A DNA stretch of 64,000 nucleotides from positions 19,592,001-19,656,000 of the forward strand of contig CM120640.1 in the NCBI GenBank assembly GCA_051362555.1, read 5' to 3'. The notes under the pieces were generated by a model. The model was not told where the DNA came from. It saw nothing but the letters and a program-made list of their open reading frames with translations, and searched no databases. The DNA comes from Lingula anatina (taxonomy: Eukaryota; Animalia; Brachiopoda). The position numbers and the translations under genes are program-made. Of this stretch, positions 61,872 to 64,000 are shown in pieces (position 1 is the first letter of the stretch; each line of letters begins with the position of its first letter).

Positions 61872-63792
61872 TGAAATTTTCATGAAATGGAGATCTACTT
61901 GTATAATTTGTGGAAAATGCCACTATTAAGAAAGACTGTTTCTGATAGCAGAGCATATCAAAAATGTGTCTTGTTTAGAGTTGGGATAACAGGTTCATAA
62001 AATGACCTTGTTGATGCTGTTTATGGGTGAATTGCATGTAAAACCATATGCATGAGATTGCATCCTCCCATTTTCCCCAGTGAGGATTGTGAATCCTCTT
62101 CCCAGGGTCTCAGTAGATAGCAAAGTTGAAATATTTTGCTGTGCTTCTAAAATGTGTTTAGTGGGGTGTTTCTTAATCCATGCACACCTGTGCTTTTTTC
62201 CAATCAACAGTGTGCACATGTTAAGAATTTTAACATAACTGTTCCTGCTTTGAATGGACGATTACCTAAAAAGAGCAGGAATAAGTTAAGCTGGTACCTT
62301 TCTTTTTTCTGTTGTCTATAGTCCCGAGCCTGGTGAATTATTCATAGTTAACAGTTGCGATTTTTGCTCTTTCAGGCATTTGTCTTCTAGCCTTAATTGC
62401 AAAGATTGTTCGGGGTAGTTTTTATGCAATTTGAAGAGAGGTAATTATGTGGAAATTATATCCTATTCTTAGATGACCAAAGCATTATGTATTAGGAGTA
62501 TATTTGATAATTTTATTCTTGTTTAGTATCGTGTGATGGAAATAATGTAAAAATTGTAAGAGATGAAAAACAATTATGCAACTTGCATTTCTTCAAGGAT
62601 ATGAATTTACAATAAAGGTGAGAACAAGCAAAGAGTTTTCAGGATTTGATTTATTGTATACTTTGTATAAATGTTAGTTATCACTATATCACAAATGTAT
62701 TTTTGTTAAAGAGGTACTAGTTTGGACATCAGACAAAATATTATAAAAATGATGTTGGTGTCTGAGGATACAAAAGAAAAAAATTTGATTACCAATTTAA
62801 TGCATTTGTCTTTCTAAAATGCAATTTAATCACTCAACCCTAGTAAAGAAATTTTAATTGGAAATAAAATACTTTGTCATTCCAAACCATCCTCATTGTA
62901 CCTGAGTAAACACTAAAAATATAGCATGCTTTTTTTCATTATGGACATAAAGGCATCACTTTTGTCACACAAAAAATGTTAACCATATTATAATAGAAAA
63001 AAATTTAAAAATTTGGCATCGTTTTGTTAAGCACAATTCACAGCATTGGCAATAACATGTAACAAAAAACTATCTGGAGGCTAAAAGCCTGGCTCAAAAA
63101 GACTGTTGTATGCATGTTGGATAAAGTATCAGTGGCACTAACTTTAGTACAAACTGTCTACCTTCAAAGGCAAGTTATTAAGCTTGGCTTGTTATCTATG
63201 AGCAAGAAATTTCACCATGCTTCATGATGTTTAAGTTTTGCTAAAGCTAATCGACACATTTGACCATGAAGTTTAGTGGACCTATGCAATATAAAGATAC
63301 AGGCACATTTCCTACTGGTATATATCTACATGTGACACAGGGGGACTTAGAACAAATTCTCTTAAAATAAAGCAAATTGTATGTACAGTACACTTCTTAG
63401 CATTATAGTCCAATATGTATAATCAAATTGGTGCATTGGCACAAAGTTGTCCTCTCTTTTAAAGAATATGAGCACTAGCAGATGTGATGAAACTTGGGAC
63501 CCATGGGTCTAAGGAGAAAGTAACCAGAAATTAATTGTACAATAAATAAACATTTTTGTATGAAATGAATTTGCAAGAAGAAGAAGCTTATTCTACATAC
63601 ATTTCTGAGAAAAGGGATATCATGATACTGGTAATTAAAAAAAGCATCTTAAAGATTTGAAAAGAACAACAGTGTGCAAAAACATCTTTCACTTATACCT
63701 GCAATAACATTTAAATTAAGGAATGTAGTAGAGTAAAAAAATATCTTTACACTATGTGCAGATTATCATCATAAGTTTTTCAAATGAGATCA

Positions 63793-64000
63793 TTATTTGC
63801 GTAACCATGGCAATTTCACAATTTTCCTTGAATCAGGCCATTCAAAGCGTGTCTGGTATTCTGTGAAACTTGACTCGTACTGCCCCTTCATGAGTGGACG
63901 TCCACTGGCCATGAAATTTGGTGTTGGGTTGATAAGAAAGTCACTGGTCTTTGGGTCAAGAGGTGGACGCTTGTACCTGACCATATACTCCGTCTTCCCT
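63793..64000 (-). CDS. 3' terminal exon of a gene running off the window; Mn-motif/SAXO-like microtubule-binding protein candidate
   Basis: The frame stays open to the window edge: GKTEYMVRYKRPP...SFTEYQTRFEWPDSRKIVKLPWLRK*. Two TEYxxR(Y/F)xxP repeats resemble MAP6/SAXO Mn modules. Confidence 0.5.
   Translation of the reverse strand, partial: GKTEYMVRYKRPPLDPKTSDFLINPTPNFMASGRPLMKGQYESSFTEYQTRFEWPDSRKIVKLPWLRK

Overview
AT-rich, intron-rich animal genomic DNA. A mollusc or other lophotrochozoan is plausible from the lustrin-type peptide and Helentron-type repeats, but the taxon cannot be proven from this window. In order: a complete 17-exon TAO kinase (+); a 2-exon Shaw/Kv3-type K+ channel with atypical S4, filter and S6-gate residues (-); a small secreted lustrin-type Cys-rich peptide (+); four tandem 6-exon paralogs encoding secreted proteins with three PAN/apple domains and a variable-length Thr-rich mucin-like linker (+); a ~26-exon AZUL+HECT (UBE3A/E6AP-like) ligase (-) head-to-head with TIPRL (+); and the last exon of a probable SAXO/Mn-motif protein (-). 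The most unusual element is an intact 641-aa single-exon ORF nested antisense in a TIPRL intron. It has a C-terminal PD-(D/E)XK restriction-endonuclease-like domain, a possible N-terminal SAM-like domain, and NLS, degron and SIM-like motifs. Non-autonomous transposons (HINEs, a TTAA-TSD element, MITEs) and a truncated Rex1/Babar-like LINE lie in introns and spacers. All exon models were assembled by hand from splice signals and reading-frame continuity, and family calls rest on recalled motifs, not database searches.
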